Virus record (IMG/VR): IMGVR_UViG_3300045988_161192 | Coordinates: 1 to 64,000 of that record | Direction: 5' to 3' (one strand) | Source: a virus | Length of the DNA: 64,000 nucleotides | Shown: piece by piece, positions 38,151-47,792 of the stretch | Position numbering within the stretch: position 1 is the stretch's first letter | Layout of the letters: each line of letters opens with the position of its first letter | Notes under the pieces: model-generated | The model's input: only the letters and a program-made list of their open reading frames with translations | Told to the model about the DNA's origin: nothing | Database searches by the model: none | Program-made: the position numbers and the translations under genes

Positions 38151-38822
38151 ATGAACATTTTAGATTACAAAGGTGACGAATTCCATTATGACACATGGCT
38201 TAGAGACATGTATGATAGACAACACAATGTTTATTTAAAATACAAAGAAATTGAAAAGATGCCAGAAAATTTTGGAAGCATTCAAACCAGAGAAACTCAA
38301 AAATGGGTTAAGGATTTCATAAACAGAGTTAACGAAGAAGTAGCAGAAAGTTATGAAAGCATCAGAGACCCAAACATGCAAGTATTAGTTGAAAAAGAAG
38401 TAAAGAAAGAGAATGGAAGTACTGAAGTTATTAAGTATGACATACATCGTTCTGAGGAATTAGCAGATGCTTTACACTTCTATTTGGAAATGCTAATCAT
38501 AATTGGAAAAACTCCAGAGTGGTTGATTAGAGCATTCGAAGAATATACTCAAAGAGGAAGAAAAGTTTATGTTGACGACATCATCCTAAACTATTGGGAA
38601 GTTAGTTATCAACTTGGTATGCTTGGAAATTGTTTGAAATTAAAACCTTGGAAACAAGATGAGGTTCTAACTGATTTAGATAAAGTAGACCATCAACTTA
38701 AAGAAGTATTTTTTGCTTTACTTGATGTCTTTGCTGCCAATGGAAATGACTACAACGACATTTATGATTTATACACTAGAAAAAATCAAGTAAACCAATT
38801 TAGACAAAAGTCAGGTTATTAG
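38151..38822 (+). CDS. MazG-like all-alpha nucleoside triphosphate pyrophosphohydrolase
   Basis: EEVAESYE and EELADALHFYLEML match the MazG EExxE...ExxDxLxYxL signature; ATG at 38151 after GAAAGGAGAAAG. Confidence 0.45.
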   Translation: MNILDYKGDEFHYDTWLRDMYDRQHNVYLKYKEIEKMPENFGSIQTRETQKWVKDFINRVNEEVAESYESIRDPNMQVLVEKEVKKENGSTEVIKYDIHRSEELADALHFYLEMLIIIGKTPEWLIRAFEEYTQRGRKVYVDDIILNYWEVSYQLGMLGNCLKLKPWKQDEVLTDLDKVDHQLKEVFFALLDVFAANGNDYNDIYDLYTRKNQVNQFRQKSGY

Positions 38823-38836
38823 AAAGGAGCAAAGTT

Positions 38837-39121
38837 ATGGATGAGGAAGTAAAATTCAAAAGAACAATTTTTGAAAAATGTCCTTGGCTTAATTTAGTAA
38901 TGACCATTATGGTTATGCTATTACAGGTTGTAGTAGCTATCGTTGATGCCATAAGGGGAAGATATCTCTGGACAGTATTCTTTATTCTATTGGCTCTAAC
39001 TTATCTTTTCTTAATGATACCGATGTCTTATAAACTGATGAAACGTACAATGCAAAATAATAAAGAAATGAGAGACTTAGAAAAACGAATAAATGAAGCA
39101 AGAAAGGGATGGAAGCTATGA
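38837..39121 (+). CDS. small membrane protein (two TM helices)
   Basis: hydrophobic stretches LNLVMTIMVMLLQVVVAIV and VFFILLALTYLFLMI. Confidence 0.35.
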   Translation: MDEEVKFKRTIFEKCPWLNLVMTIMVMLLQVVVAIVDAIRGRYLWTVFFILLALTYLFLMIPMSYKLMKRTMQNNKEMRDLEKRINEARKGWKL

Positions 39122-39807
39122 GAATTTACCAAAATTGTAGAGAAATGATGTCTGAGGTTCATCGTGATTTGCAAGAGATGGGAGTAATCAAACACAACAA
39201 GACAGTCCAAGACAAAAACATCGAAGGATTAGACGAATATACAATGAAAGAATTAGTTGGTTATTCATACGCAATCTTAGATTTTAGTGACATGGACCAG
39301 ATGATAACTGAAAACGGCTTAAGCCTTGAATGGTGTAAAGCTGACTTTGCTGAGAGAATAAGCCCAGAATATATCAACCCAGGAGAGGCTTATAAATTAA
39401 GACCAGTTTGGGATGAGTTCTTACATGATGGAACTTTCAGCTATACTTATAATGAAAGAATTAGAACACAATTAGCAAAAACTATAGATGTAATTAAAAA
39501 CGATGTAAACACAAGACAAGGAATTATTGAAATCTACAACTCAGACAAAGATAGTGAAAACAGAGGTGGAGCAAAAAGAATTCCATGCTCAATGTACTAT
39601 CAATTTATAACAGACCAAAATGGAAAGTTGGACATAATCTATAACATCAGAAGTAATGACTTTGGTGAGCATTATCCTTACGATATTTGGATGGCTATCT
39701 CATTACTAAAATATGTAGCCAATCAATGTGGTCTTGAAGTTGGAAAGCTAATTTATTTTGCTGGTTCGCTTCATGCATTCAAAAAGGATTTGCCTACTAC
39801 TTTTTAG
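39109..39807 (+). CDS. thymidylate synthase / dNMP hydroxymethylase family enzyme
   Basis: RIPCSMYYQF (active-site Pro-Cys), RSNDFGEHYPYDIW, GSLHAF align to ThyA motifs PCH..FQFY, RS.D..G.P.N, GD.H.Y; short at 232 aa. Confidence 0.5.
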   Translation: MEAMRIYQNCREMMSEVHRDLQEMGVIKHNKTVQDKNIEGLDEYTMKELVGYSYAILDFSDMDQMITENGLSLEWCKADFAERISPEYINPGEAYKLRPVWDEFLHDGTFSYTYNERIRTQLAKTIDVIKNDVNTRQGIIEIYNSDKDSENRGGAKRIPCSMYYQFITDQNGKLDIIYNIRSNDFGEHYPYDIWMAISLLKYVANQCGLEVGKLIYFAGSLHAFKKDLPTTF

Positions 39808-39851
39808 TTGGTCATTATTCTATTAGCTCAGGGCTCATTGATTGGTGATTT

Positions 39852-39874
39852 TAGCTAAGGTAATTATATGGGTC
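39852..39874 (+). repeat. TAGCTAAGGTAATTATATGGGTC intergenic motif, + orientation
   Basis: near-identical copy at 45368-45384 (+); reverse-complement copies at 28080-28100 and 30718-30736. Confidence 0.5.
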
Positions 39875-40126
39875 AAAATATAAAAGGACCTTAAAATCAA
39901 TTCTGAGCCCTCGCTTTTTATAAAATATCAATGAAAATTAACAAAATAAAGGGATTGGAGGTATTTTATGAAAGAAATGTATTTGCATTGTTTGAAATAT
40001 AACAAGTGGAAAAAGAAAGAAGAATTTGCTAAAACTACAACCATAACTGAAAAGTGTGAAGAGCCAAAGAAAGTCAACTGTGGTCTATGCGAATTCAATA
40101 AAATTGAATGGGTGGAGGCTGATTAG

Positions 40127-40447
40127 ATGACAGTTAAAGATTTGAAAAATCAACTTGACAAAATGGAAGATGACCAAGAAGTCATCATAAAATTTGCAGT
40201 TAGTCCAACAGATTTGACAGGTTACTATTTAGATATTATGAGAGTAGAAAAAGAATGGGGTGAAAACCCAAGAGCTTTTATTTATGCTAGTTTTGATACT
40301 GATAAAGAAACTCTGTCAATGTTTGGACAACCAGATTTAAAAGAATTATACGAAAGAGATGTGATGGGTCTATGGTCGAAAGACACTATCATAGATGAAA
40401 CTTGGAAAGATGTTCTGGGAATTAGCACTGATGGCCACAGACGATAA
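40127..40447 (+). CDS. hypothetical protein
   Basis: 106 aa; RBS GGAGG. Confidence 0.35.
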   Translation: MTVKDLKNQLDKMEDDQEVIIKFAVSPTDLTGYYLDIMRVEKEWGENPRAFIYASFDTDKETLSMFGQPDLKELYERDVMGLWSKDTIIDETWKDVLGISTDGHRR

Positions 40448-41003
40448 AGAATTACCAAAAGAACATCGAATAGGAGAAGTACTTTGCTCGGCCTGTAAAT
40501 GGTACGAAGGACCTAACTGGAAACCCAACTGGGGTGAAAGATATTGTCACCATCCCAAAATCTTTAGAACAGGATTAGTCAATACGACTTGGGGATGTGA
40601 AAGATGGGAGGCAAACATGAAAGATGAGGAAAGACCAAAATGTCTCAAAGCTTTGGAAAATGTAGTTGAAAATGGAAAAGCTATAAGTAATGACTGGTTG
40701 GTGGCTAACATCAAAGAGACTTTGGTTTATATTCAAAAGTTACAATCTGATTTGTATGCTGCTAATAACATCGTGAGTGATTATGTGGACACAAGTTCAA
40801 CAGATAAAGCCAAAATAGCTGAACAAAAGAAGAGGATTAGAAATTTACTAGAGAATGCCAACATTATGATAGAAGAATACGATGAACTTGAAAAGGAAAG
40901 AGATTACTGGAAGGAACAATTGGTTCTATTTGGACATCATAATTTGGAAGAATTAGAAAAACAGTGGGAAGAAAGGAGTCAAGTCAATGGGTCCAAAGTA
41001 TGA
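40434..41003 (+). CDS. hypothetical Cys/Trp-rich protein with C-terminal coiled coil
   Basis: ATG at 40434; CSACKWYEG...CHHPK...WGCERW. Confidence 0.3.
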   Translation, partial: ATDDKELPKEHRIGEVLCSACKWYEGPNWKPNWGERYCHHPKIFRTGLVNTTWGCERWEANMKDEERPKCLKALENVVENGKAISNDWLVANIKETLVYIQKLQSDLYAANNIVSDYVDTSSTDKAKIAEQKKRIRNLLENANIMIEEYDELEKERDYWKEQLVLFGHHNLEELEKQWEERSQVNGSKV

Positions 41004-41904
41004 TAATATTTACACATTGAACGATATGGACAAAATTCCCAACGTGTTTCATTTTAGAAATTACAGGGATTGTCTATATGGACTAAGTGACGTGGTTATA
41101 TCACTTAGAAAAGGAATGTTTGCCAAGGAAAATATTTCACTTTATATTCAGTTCGACGATTTGGATGGATTGGACAAACTAAATTTTCGAAGACCTAGAA
41201 AGCATGAGTTATTACGTAAAAGATATGTCAATGAAGACAATTGGAATTTAGCTTTATTGCAATTCAATGAAGAAGACAGAGTTTATTATGAATTCGAAGA
41301 ACAAACCAAGTCGAGAGGAAATCACTCAGCTGGCAAATGTTTGATAGATTTTGAAATCTCCAGCACCAATGAGATGGGAGCTAGAATTTGCACTGTCAAT
41401 ATGAGAGCATCTATCGTTCCTTATAACCTATACTATGACTTAATACTCATACACAATCTAATTACTGAGGCAAAGCAAAAATGTGGCTTTATGGGTGTTA
41501 GTCTTATAATAATTAACATTGGGCTGCTTACTATAAAGAAGGGAGTTAGTTTTGGAGGTTTAGTTTGTATGGGCTATCACTGGAAAGACTTTGAATTAAG
41601 CAAGTTTTTTACCTCCGACATTGATTATATGTTCGACAATATCGAGCATCCTTCAACATTTAAAGGAGCCAGAACAGCATGGGACAATGCTTACTACGAG
41701 ATGGTTGATAGAATTAACGCTGGTGAGTCCAAAGAGATTTGGCGTTGGAAACCATCAAAGAAAATCATACATCGAAAGAAAGAAGTTATAGAAGGAACAA
41801 AAGACAAATGGGGTAATGGAGGAATAAACGAAGACCTCGTAAAATTAGCAAAAGAGCTCACTGACTGGAATTTATACAATGACCAGGAAAGCGAAAATAA
41901 TTAG
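40987..41904 (+). CDS. hypothetical protein
   Basis: 305 aa ORF in the array. Confidence 0.35.
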   Translation: MGPKYDNIYTLNDMDKIPNVFHFRNYRDCLYGLSDVVISLRKGMFAKENISLYIQFDDLDGLDKLNFRRPRKHELLRKRYVNEDNWNLALLQFNEEDRVYYEFEEQTKSRGNHSAGKCLIDFEISSTNEMGARICTVNMRASIVPYNLYYDLILIHNLITEAKQKCGFMGVSLIIINIGLLTIKKGVSFGGLVCMGYHWKDFELSKFFTSDIDYMFDNIEHPSTFKGARTAWDNAYYEMVDRINAGESKEIWRWKPSKKIIHRKKEVIEGTKDKWGNGGINEDLVKLAKELTDWNLYNDQESENN

Positions 41905-41915
41905 AAAGGAAGGAA

Positions 41916-42311
41916 TTGATTATGGAAAACAAATTCTTAGAATGTGATTTGATTTGGTTCGATGTTTTAGCATTAGATAAAAGGTTAAAAGACAGACTAC
42001 ACTTAAATACTGAGGAAATAGAACTAACTCAGGAAGACATTGAACTAATCAACACAGGAGTGAAAGTAGACTTAGAAAAACTAAAAGAGATGGTTGACAA
42101 ATGTGGGTTCAACACAAACTCTATTGAAAATGAAATTGGAATAAGTAGAGCACACTGGTCAATGGTATTTGGAAGCAGTGAAAGAAAGAACAAACGTGGA
42201 ATTCGTATGAGAATGGTAGTAGCAATTATGAATGCTATTAGAAGGAGGAAAGTAACGGACAGCTTTAGACCAATATTCATCACGAAGGAAGACGCAAAAA
42301 GTAATAACTAG
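41916..42311 (+). CDS. hypothetical protein with possible HTH
   Basis: 131 aa; IGISRAHWSMVF segment; basic C-terminus. Confidence 0.3.
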   Translation: MIMENKFLECDLIWFDVLALDKRLKDRLHLNTEEIELTQEDIELINTGVKVDLEKLKEMVDKCGFNTNSIENEIGISRAHWSMVFGSSERKNKRGIRMRMVVAIMNAIRRRKVTDSFRPIFITKEDAKSNN

Positions 42312-42334
42312 GAAAGGGCGGTGTATTTTAGATT

Positions 42335-44605
42335 ATGTCAGAAAAGGAGAAAGAAACAAACCAATACTGGTATTCACCGCTTCCTGCAACAGGGTCAGTT
42401 GATAAGGATGGCAAGTCAATAGAAAAGCAACCTAACCTTAGCAAGAAGTTTACTTTAGAAGAAATCAAAGAATTGGGATGTAATTATGTTAGAAGAGTAA
42501 ACCCAGGATTTGTCTTTTTCGATTTTGATAGTGAAGAGTTAGCCTCTAAAGCTGAAGAAATCATTAGGGCATTGGGTTATAAATGCAAAAAACTAAAGAC
42601 AACACGTGGAGCACATTTTATGTTTAAAACTTCACTAGAAAAAATTTCGGATGGCTCAGGTCCTAACTGGCTGGGGTTAGATTGTGATTTGAAGGGATGT
42701 GGAATATCACAAACCAGAAAAATTAACTGCCAGATAATGAGACTACACGATGAGGATAGACCCGAGACTTACATTGGTTTTGATAAGTCGTTAGGAATGG
42801 GTCTTAAAATCACTGATGAGGACTTAGACGAAGCTCCCTACTTTTTATATCATGCACCTAAAGCAGCAAGGGAGACTTTAGAGCAAGCATTCGGAATGTC
42901 GTCAGGGGATGGTGGTGGCAGAAATAACTGGATGCACCACGAGTATGCAAAATTTTGTAAAAAGGCCAGATGGACTTGGGAGCAATACCACGAAGCTGCT
43001 AGCATTATCAACACTTATGTTTTTGGTGAAAGCTTAGGAGACACTGAGTTCACCACAGCAACAAGACAGGAGGAATATGAAAACTTACAGGTAGGCTCTT
43101 CAGATGAAAAGACTTTGCTATCAACTCAAGCACAAGATGTTATTGATACTTGGTCTTGCAAATCTTATAATGGTGAAATACTTTTCTTCGATGAACAAAA
43201 AGGGCACTATGATAACTATATCGAGACCATCAAGAACTATTTGATACAAAAATATAAGGACTTAAATATCACAACACAAAAAATAGAAGAAATTTTAAGG
43301 CAGGTGACAATTATGATTTTAACGAACTCAGAATATAAAGCAACCAGGAATGAAAATTATGTAGTATGTAACAATAAACTTATCAATGTAGTAGCTAACG
43401 AGCCACCGAGAGAAATGACCAGAACTATTGTTACAGATATAGTTTATCCCTACGAAATTATGAGTGAGTCGGAGCTAAAAGCTTATGAAACCAAAGGAGA
43501 AGAGCTCATCAAAAGATATGAGAAGTCAAAAGCTGATGGAACCTTGAATGTTGACAAAGCTCCAAAAATTGGTGAGAATGGCAAAATACTGGGTGAAGAA
43601 GGTATGGCTTATAAGTTTATGAGAGACATTAGTTGTAAAGATGAAATGGTAGAAAAAGTCATCTGGGAAATGGTTGGATGTATGCTTGCACCAGTCAAAA
43701 AAATCAATAAAATCTTTATACTTTATGGCTCTGGAGCTAATGGAAAATCAGTATTACTAAAGTTAGTCAAAGAAATTATGGGAAGACTAATGACATCAGC
43801 AAACATTCTTAATATCAACGATAGCTTTGCTCTCCAAAATGTTTATAAGGGTATATGTAATGTCACTGACGATGTTGGAATTACCACTTTAAGAGAAACT
43901 GGTTTACTAAAATCTTTGATAGATGGCTCAGATATTGAAGTAAACATCAAACACAAAGACCCAATCCAATGGAAACCCAATAGCCAATTTATAATGTGCT
44001 GCAATGAAATTCCTCGAATAGCTGATAGCACAAAGGGTATGATTAGAAGACTTTCATTTATTCCTTTTGAATTGGAACTAGAGCCAGGAGAGATGGACAT
44101 ATTTTTGAAAGACAAAATACTTGGGGAGCCAGGAAATAATGGTCTACGCTATATTATGACTAAGGCAATATTAGCACACAGGGAAGCAGTCATCAGAGGT
44201 GATTTGACAATTCTACCAAAACAAAAAGAATTAGAGGAAGACTTCATCGATGAGAATAAAGATAGAATATCACAGTTCTTGGAATATATGATAGAAGAAC
44301 ATTCAGCTGAAGGATTTTGGAATTGGTTGGATGGCCAATTTAGTGAACAAGTCTACCACGATTACTATGAATGGTGTGTAGGCCAATATTACAACAACAT
44401 TGAAAATCAAAAAACTTTCAACACAAGGTTTAAAAAGAAACTGCCTCAAAATTGGATGCTAGGACAACAAAGATTTGAAGGAAAGAACTACAGAATTTAT
44501 CAACGTGGAACTGTTGGTCAGGCAGAAAAAGAAAGAAGACTAAAAAAAGAAAGAGCTGAAGCAAGAAAAGCTAAGGCAGAAAATGAAGAAAATATAGAGA
44601 ATTAG
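42335..44605 (+). CDS. primase-helicase (PrimPol domain + D5/SF3 helicase)
   Basis: N-terminal DxD (VFFDFDSEE) and RGxHxxF (TRGAHFMF) PrimPol motifs; C-terminal Walker A ILYGSGANGKSVLLK typical of P4/D5 SF3 helicases. Confidence 0.65.
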   Translation: MSEKEKETNQYWYSPLPATGSVDKDGKSIEKQPNLSKKFTLEEIKELGCNYVRRVNPGFVFFDFDSEELASKAEEIIRALGYKCKKLKTTRGAHFMFKTSLEKISDGSGPNWLGLDCDLKGCGISQTRKINCQIMRLHDEDRPETYIGFDKSLGMGLKITDEDLDEAPYFLYHAPKAARETLEQAFGMSSGDGGGRNNWMHHEYAKFCKKARWTWEQYHEAASIINTYVFGESLGDTEFTTATRQEEYENLQVGSSDEKTLLSTQAQDVIDTWSCKSYNGEILFFDEQKGHYDNYIETIKNYLIQKYKDLNITTQKIEEILRQVTIMILTNSEYKATRNENYVVCNNKLINVVANEPPREMTRTIVTDIVYPYEIMSESELKAYETKGEELIKRYEKSKADGTLNVDKAPKIGENGKILGEEGMAYKFMRDISCKDEMVEKVIWEMVGCMLAPVKKINKIFILYGSGANGKSVLLKLVKEIMGRLMTSANILNINDSFALQNVYKGICNVTDDVGITTLRETGLLKSLIDGSDIEVNIKHKDPIQWKPNSQFIMCCNEIPRIADSTKGMIRRLSFIPFELELEPGEMDIFLKDKILGEPGNNGLRYIMTKAILAHREAVIRGDLTILPKQKELEEDFIDENKDRISQFLEYMIEEHSAEGFWNWLDGQFSEQVYHDYYEWCVGQYYNNIENQKTFNTRFKKKLPQNWMLGQQRFEGKNYRIYQRGTVGQAEKERRLKKERAEARKAKAENEENIEN

Positions 44606-44987
44606 GGGAAAATTTTGGGTTTGTAACTATGTTTGATTTCTGGTTACAAGGGGCCAAACCCTATTGGTTGACACATTCGGACTAGTAATCATGTAACCAA
44701 AACAGGGCGCCCCCTATTTCATATATTTTTCATTTTCACTACGACATTGTTATTGTCTTATATAAAATATACCATAAGTTATAAAAATTTGGTTACATAA
44801 TTACAAATAAAATAAAATATGATAAAATCAAGGGGTACAGAGAAAACCAAAACCATAACCAGAGCGAAACCATAAATGAAATCAAAATTTGGTTATGGTT
44901 ATCTGATGAAATCAAAGAGAAAGCTATTTAGATTTTGGAGAGAATGTGATAAAATAAAATTGAATAAAAGCTAAGGAGGTAAAGCTG
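44606..44987. repeat. 382-bp AT-rich non-coding region with multiple inverted/direct repeats (candidate cos/pac or origin)
   Basis: GTTACAA/TTGTAAC at 44621, 44644, 44693; perfect IR ACCATAACC (44851-59) / GGTTATGGT (44890-98); lies between primase-helicase and packaging genes. Confidence 0.4.
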
Positions 44988-45311
44988 ATGGCAAAAGTAA
45001 CATTTGAATTCGACGAAAACGAAGACAGAAGTGATATTAACGAAATCGTGAACAGACATAAGCTTCTTACAGCTTTATACGAAATACAAAACTTGAGACG
45101 TAATCTTTACAAAGGTTATTATAACGAGAACGACTACGTTTCAATATTGACTGAAAAGTATAAGCCAGTTCGTATGATAACTCAAGAAGAACTTAAAGAA
45201 GCCAGCATGACAGGTAAAAGTATTGAAAACACCGTTGGCTACGTCAGAGAAGAATATGTCATCGACGAAATCGATAGAGCTTTGTCAGATGTTTATGATT
45301 TATTGGGCTAA
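44988..45311 (+). CDS. hypothetical protein (first gene of the packaging block)
   Basis: 107 aa; strong RBS AAGGAGGTAAAG. Confidence 0.4.
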   Translation: MAKVTFEFDENEDRSDINEIVNRHKLLTALYEIQNLRRNLYKGYYNENDYVSILTEKYKPVRMITQEELKEASMTGKSIENTVGYVREEYVIDEIDRALSDVYDLLG

Positions 45312-45367
45312 TTATTTAGTCCTTGTTTTTTATTCTCCTAAGCAAGTTATTTTAAAAACAGAGTATA

Positions 45368-45384
45368 TAGCTAAGGTAATTTAT
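45368..45384 (+). repeat. TAGCTAAGGTAATTTAT intergenic motif copy
   Basis: see 39852; followed by the hairpin GGGGC-ttaaaattgaaatatg-GCCC. Confidence 0.45.
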
Positions 45385-45466
45385 CATTGGGCTATATAAA
45401 AGGGGCTTAAAATTGAAATATGGCCCTCGTCTTAATGCTAAAACCTAAAGAAAGGAGGCAAAATTC

Positions 45467-46024
45467 ATGTCAAAGGCAAGAAAAGCTCCTAAGAAGGAAG
45501 TTAGCAATGATACCAGTACTACTGATGAGAAAATCCCTAAGACTCCATCAGCAATGACTACTCTCGAGAAAGTCAAGTACTATTTTGAAGAACTGGGCTT
45601 TACTAATGAGAACCCACATGATTTGGAATTAGTAGCTGAGCTGCATGAGAGATGGCTAAGAAAAGACAACTCTGAATTATCTAAAGAACTCTTTGTATTA
45701 TCACAAGACCCCGATGTTATTGCGGTACTAAAGCGATGTCGTGATACAAATGAGCCACAACGCCGTATGACTAAAGTAGACCTCCAGATATTATTGGAGA
45801 AAATTGCCAGAGGTGAAGTAGAGAGAAAAGACTATGTTGGCAAGGATGCTGATTTAGTTTATCTTACTCCCAATTTTAGTGAAAGACTTAATGCAATCAA
45901 GATGCTAATGGTTGAAGCTGAGAACGAAGGAGATGAGAGAATTTACTTCATAGATGACATTGAGGCCAAGTATGTTGAAATGATGGAGAAAGAGGGTGGA
46001 GCAAATGATACTGAAGAGACTTAG
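45467..46024 (+). CDS. putative terminase small subunit
   Basis: 185 aa, basic N-terminus, immediately upstream of and overlapping TerL; positional call only. Confidence 0.35.
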   Translation: MSKARKAPKKEVSNDTSTTDEKIPKTPSAMTTLEKVKYYFEELGFTNENPHDLELVAELHERWLRKDNSELSKELFVLSQDPDVIAVLKRCRDTNEPQRRMTKVDLQILLEKIARGEVERKDYVGKDADLVYLTPNFSERLNAIKMLMVEAENEGDERIYFIDDIEAKYVEMMEKEGGANDTEET

Positions 46025-47267
46025 TGAAATTCACCTACCAGTATATTGGAAAATGCATTTGCCCAGTTTTAAATGCTCTCGTCGTTATCTCCGTGGTGGA
46101 AGATATTCTGGAAAATCTACTGAAGTTGCAAGGTCACATATTGAGGGAATGCTCAAAGATGAAACTAAAACAAAGTCATGCATAGCTTTTAGAAAATTTG
46201 GTAATACTTTACAAGGTTCAGTCTTCAACGAGTATGTCAATGCTATCTATGATTTAGGAGTAGAAAATGAGTTTGAGATGGTTTATTCACCATTACAAAT
46301 CAGAAGAAAAAATTCTCATCAAGTTATAATGTTCTCTATGCTTAACCAGCCAGATGATTTCAGAAAAATAAAATCCATCAAGTTAGTTAAGTCTTATTTT
46401 GCCTATATTTGGTTCGAAGAGGCTGATGAGTTCACTGACCCAAAAGCTATTCGTCAAGTTTTACTTTCATTATTCAGAAATGGTAGTGAGTTCGAAGTTA
46501 CTTATACTTTCAATACTCCATTTAGCCCAGAGCATCCATTGAACGTTGAGTGGGGAACCAGAGACAAATACTATTATCAACACACAACTGTTTATGATTT
46601 ACCTAAAAATATCATACCGGCTGAGATATGGGAAGAGATTGAGGACATGAAAAAATATCGTCCTAAAGAGTATGAGCATACCATACTTGGAAAACCCGGT
46701 GACCCAGATGCTATCATTTACCCTAATGTTAGTAGATATACTTATGACCCAGATTATGTCAAAGCATTTGATTTGATACTAAGAGGAATAGACTTTGGAT
46801 TTGCACCGGACCCAACAGCTTACATTGATATGTACTACGATAGCACTCACAGGGATTTGTATATTTTGAACGAGGTATATGAACAAAGACTTACATCACC
46901 AGAAATTGCTGAGAGGGTTAGACAAAAATGGCATAGCTATGGACCAATTACTTGTGAAATTGACAAACGTGTTATTGAGGAATTGAACAACGCCGGTCTA
47001 TATTGTTTGGAGGCTAAGAAGGGTCCGAATTCACGTGAGCTTGGTACTAAGTGGTTGCAAGAACTTAATCACATTTACATTGACCCAGCCAGAACACCTA
47101 ATGCTTGGAGAGAATTCACAACTGCTGAATATGCAAGAGACAAATATGGAAATGTTACAACTAAAATACCAGATGGCAATGACCACTTGAGAGATGCTGC
47201 TAGATATGCTACAGAAGATTATTGGAACACTTCTCAATTAACTGTTGGAGATAGGAGGCTATTTTAA
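45996..47267 (+). CDS. terminase large subunit
   Basis: Walker A GGRYSGKST near the N-terminus; 423 aa; followed by the portal gene. Confidence 0.75.
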   Translation: MEQMILKRLSEIHLPVYWKMHLPSFKCSRRYLRGGRYSGKSTEVARSHIEGMLKDETKTKSCIAFRKFGNTLQGSVFNEYVNAIYDLGVENEFEMVYSPLQIRRKNSHQVIMFSMLNQPDDFRKIKSIKLVKSYFAYIWFEEADEFTDPKAIRQVLLSLFRNGSEFEVTYTFNTPFSPEHPLNVEWGTRDKYYYQHTTVYDLPKNIIPAEIWEEIEDMKKYRPKEYEHTILGKPGDPDAIIYPNVSRYTYDPDYVKAFDLILRGIDFGFAPDPTAYIDMYYDSTHRDLYILNEVYEQRLTSPEIAERVRQKWHSYGPITCEIDKRVIEELNNAGLYCLEAKKGPNSRELGTKWLQELNHIYIDPARTPNAWREFTTAEYARDKYGNVTTKIPDGNDHLRDAARYATEDYWNTSQLTVGDRRLF

Positions 47268-47500
47268 TGTATGGACTTTGTTTGACATTAGTTCTTTATT
47301 TTGGAATTGGAATATGCTTTTACATTGGAATATGTATGGGAGTATTTGATTTAAGCATACAGTCTAAAGCGACTGGAGAATTTTTAGATAAAAATAGTAG
47401 AGAATATGAAATCCTAAAATTCGTATTTTCTATTGCTTGGATTGTTATGGCTTTTCAAGCAATCAGAAGAGGTGGTGATACTAATGGGAACAATCACTGA
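47267..47500 (+). CDS. small membrane protein
   Basis: two hydrophobic helices; ATG overlaps the TerL stop. Confidence 0.3.
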   Translation: MYGLCLTLVLYFGIGICFYIGICMGVFDLSIQSKATGEFLDKNSREYEILKFVFSIAWIVMAFQAIRRGGDTNGNNH

Positions 47501-47792
47501 CATTGATGCCTATGAGCCTCATTTGACAGGAGAGTTGATTTGTGTAAAATGTGGCTATCGCTATGTTGGCTGTTGGAATTCAAAAGTCTGGCTCAAAGAT
47601 TTATATTGTCCTAACTGTCAGACACAAGGCTTCAATATAGCAACAGGTCAGATTTTGGAGAGTGGTGATTTATCTGAGTTCGATAAAGAGCATCCTAAGA
47701 AAATGAACAAGCCAGGTTTGGTGATACAATTTCCTAGCAAGGGAGGTGGCTTGAATGGCGACATCAATGAGTCTGGACACTACGACATTTAG
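47484..47792 (+). CDS. zinc-ribbon protein
   Basis: CVKCGYRY ... CPNCQ; ATG at 47484 after GGTGGTGATACTA. Confidence 0.3.
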   Translation: MGTITDIDAYEPHLTGELICVKCGYRYVGCWNSKVWLKDLYCPNCQTQGFNIATGQILESGDLSEFDKEHPKKMNKPGLVIQFPSKGGGLNGDINESGHYDI

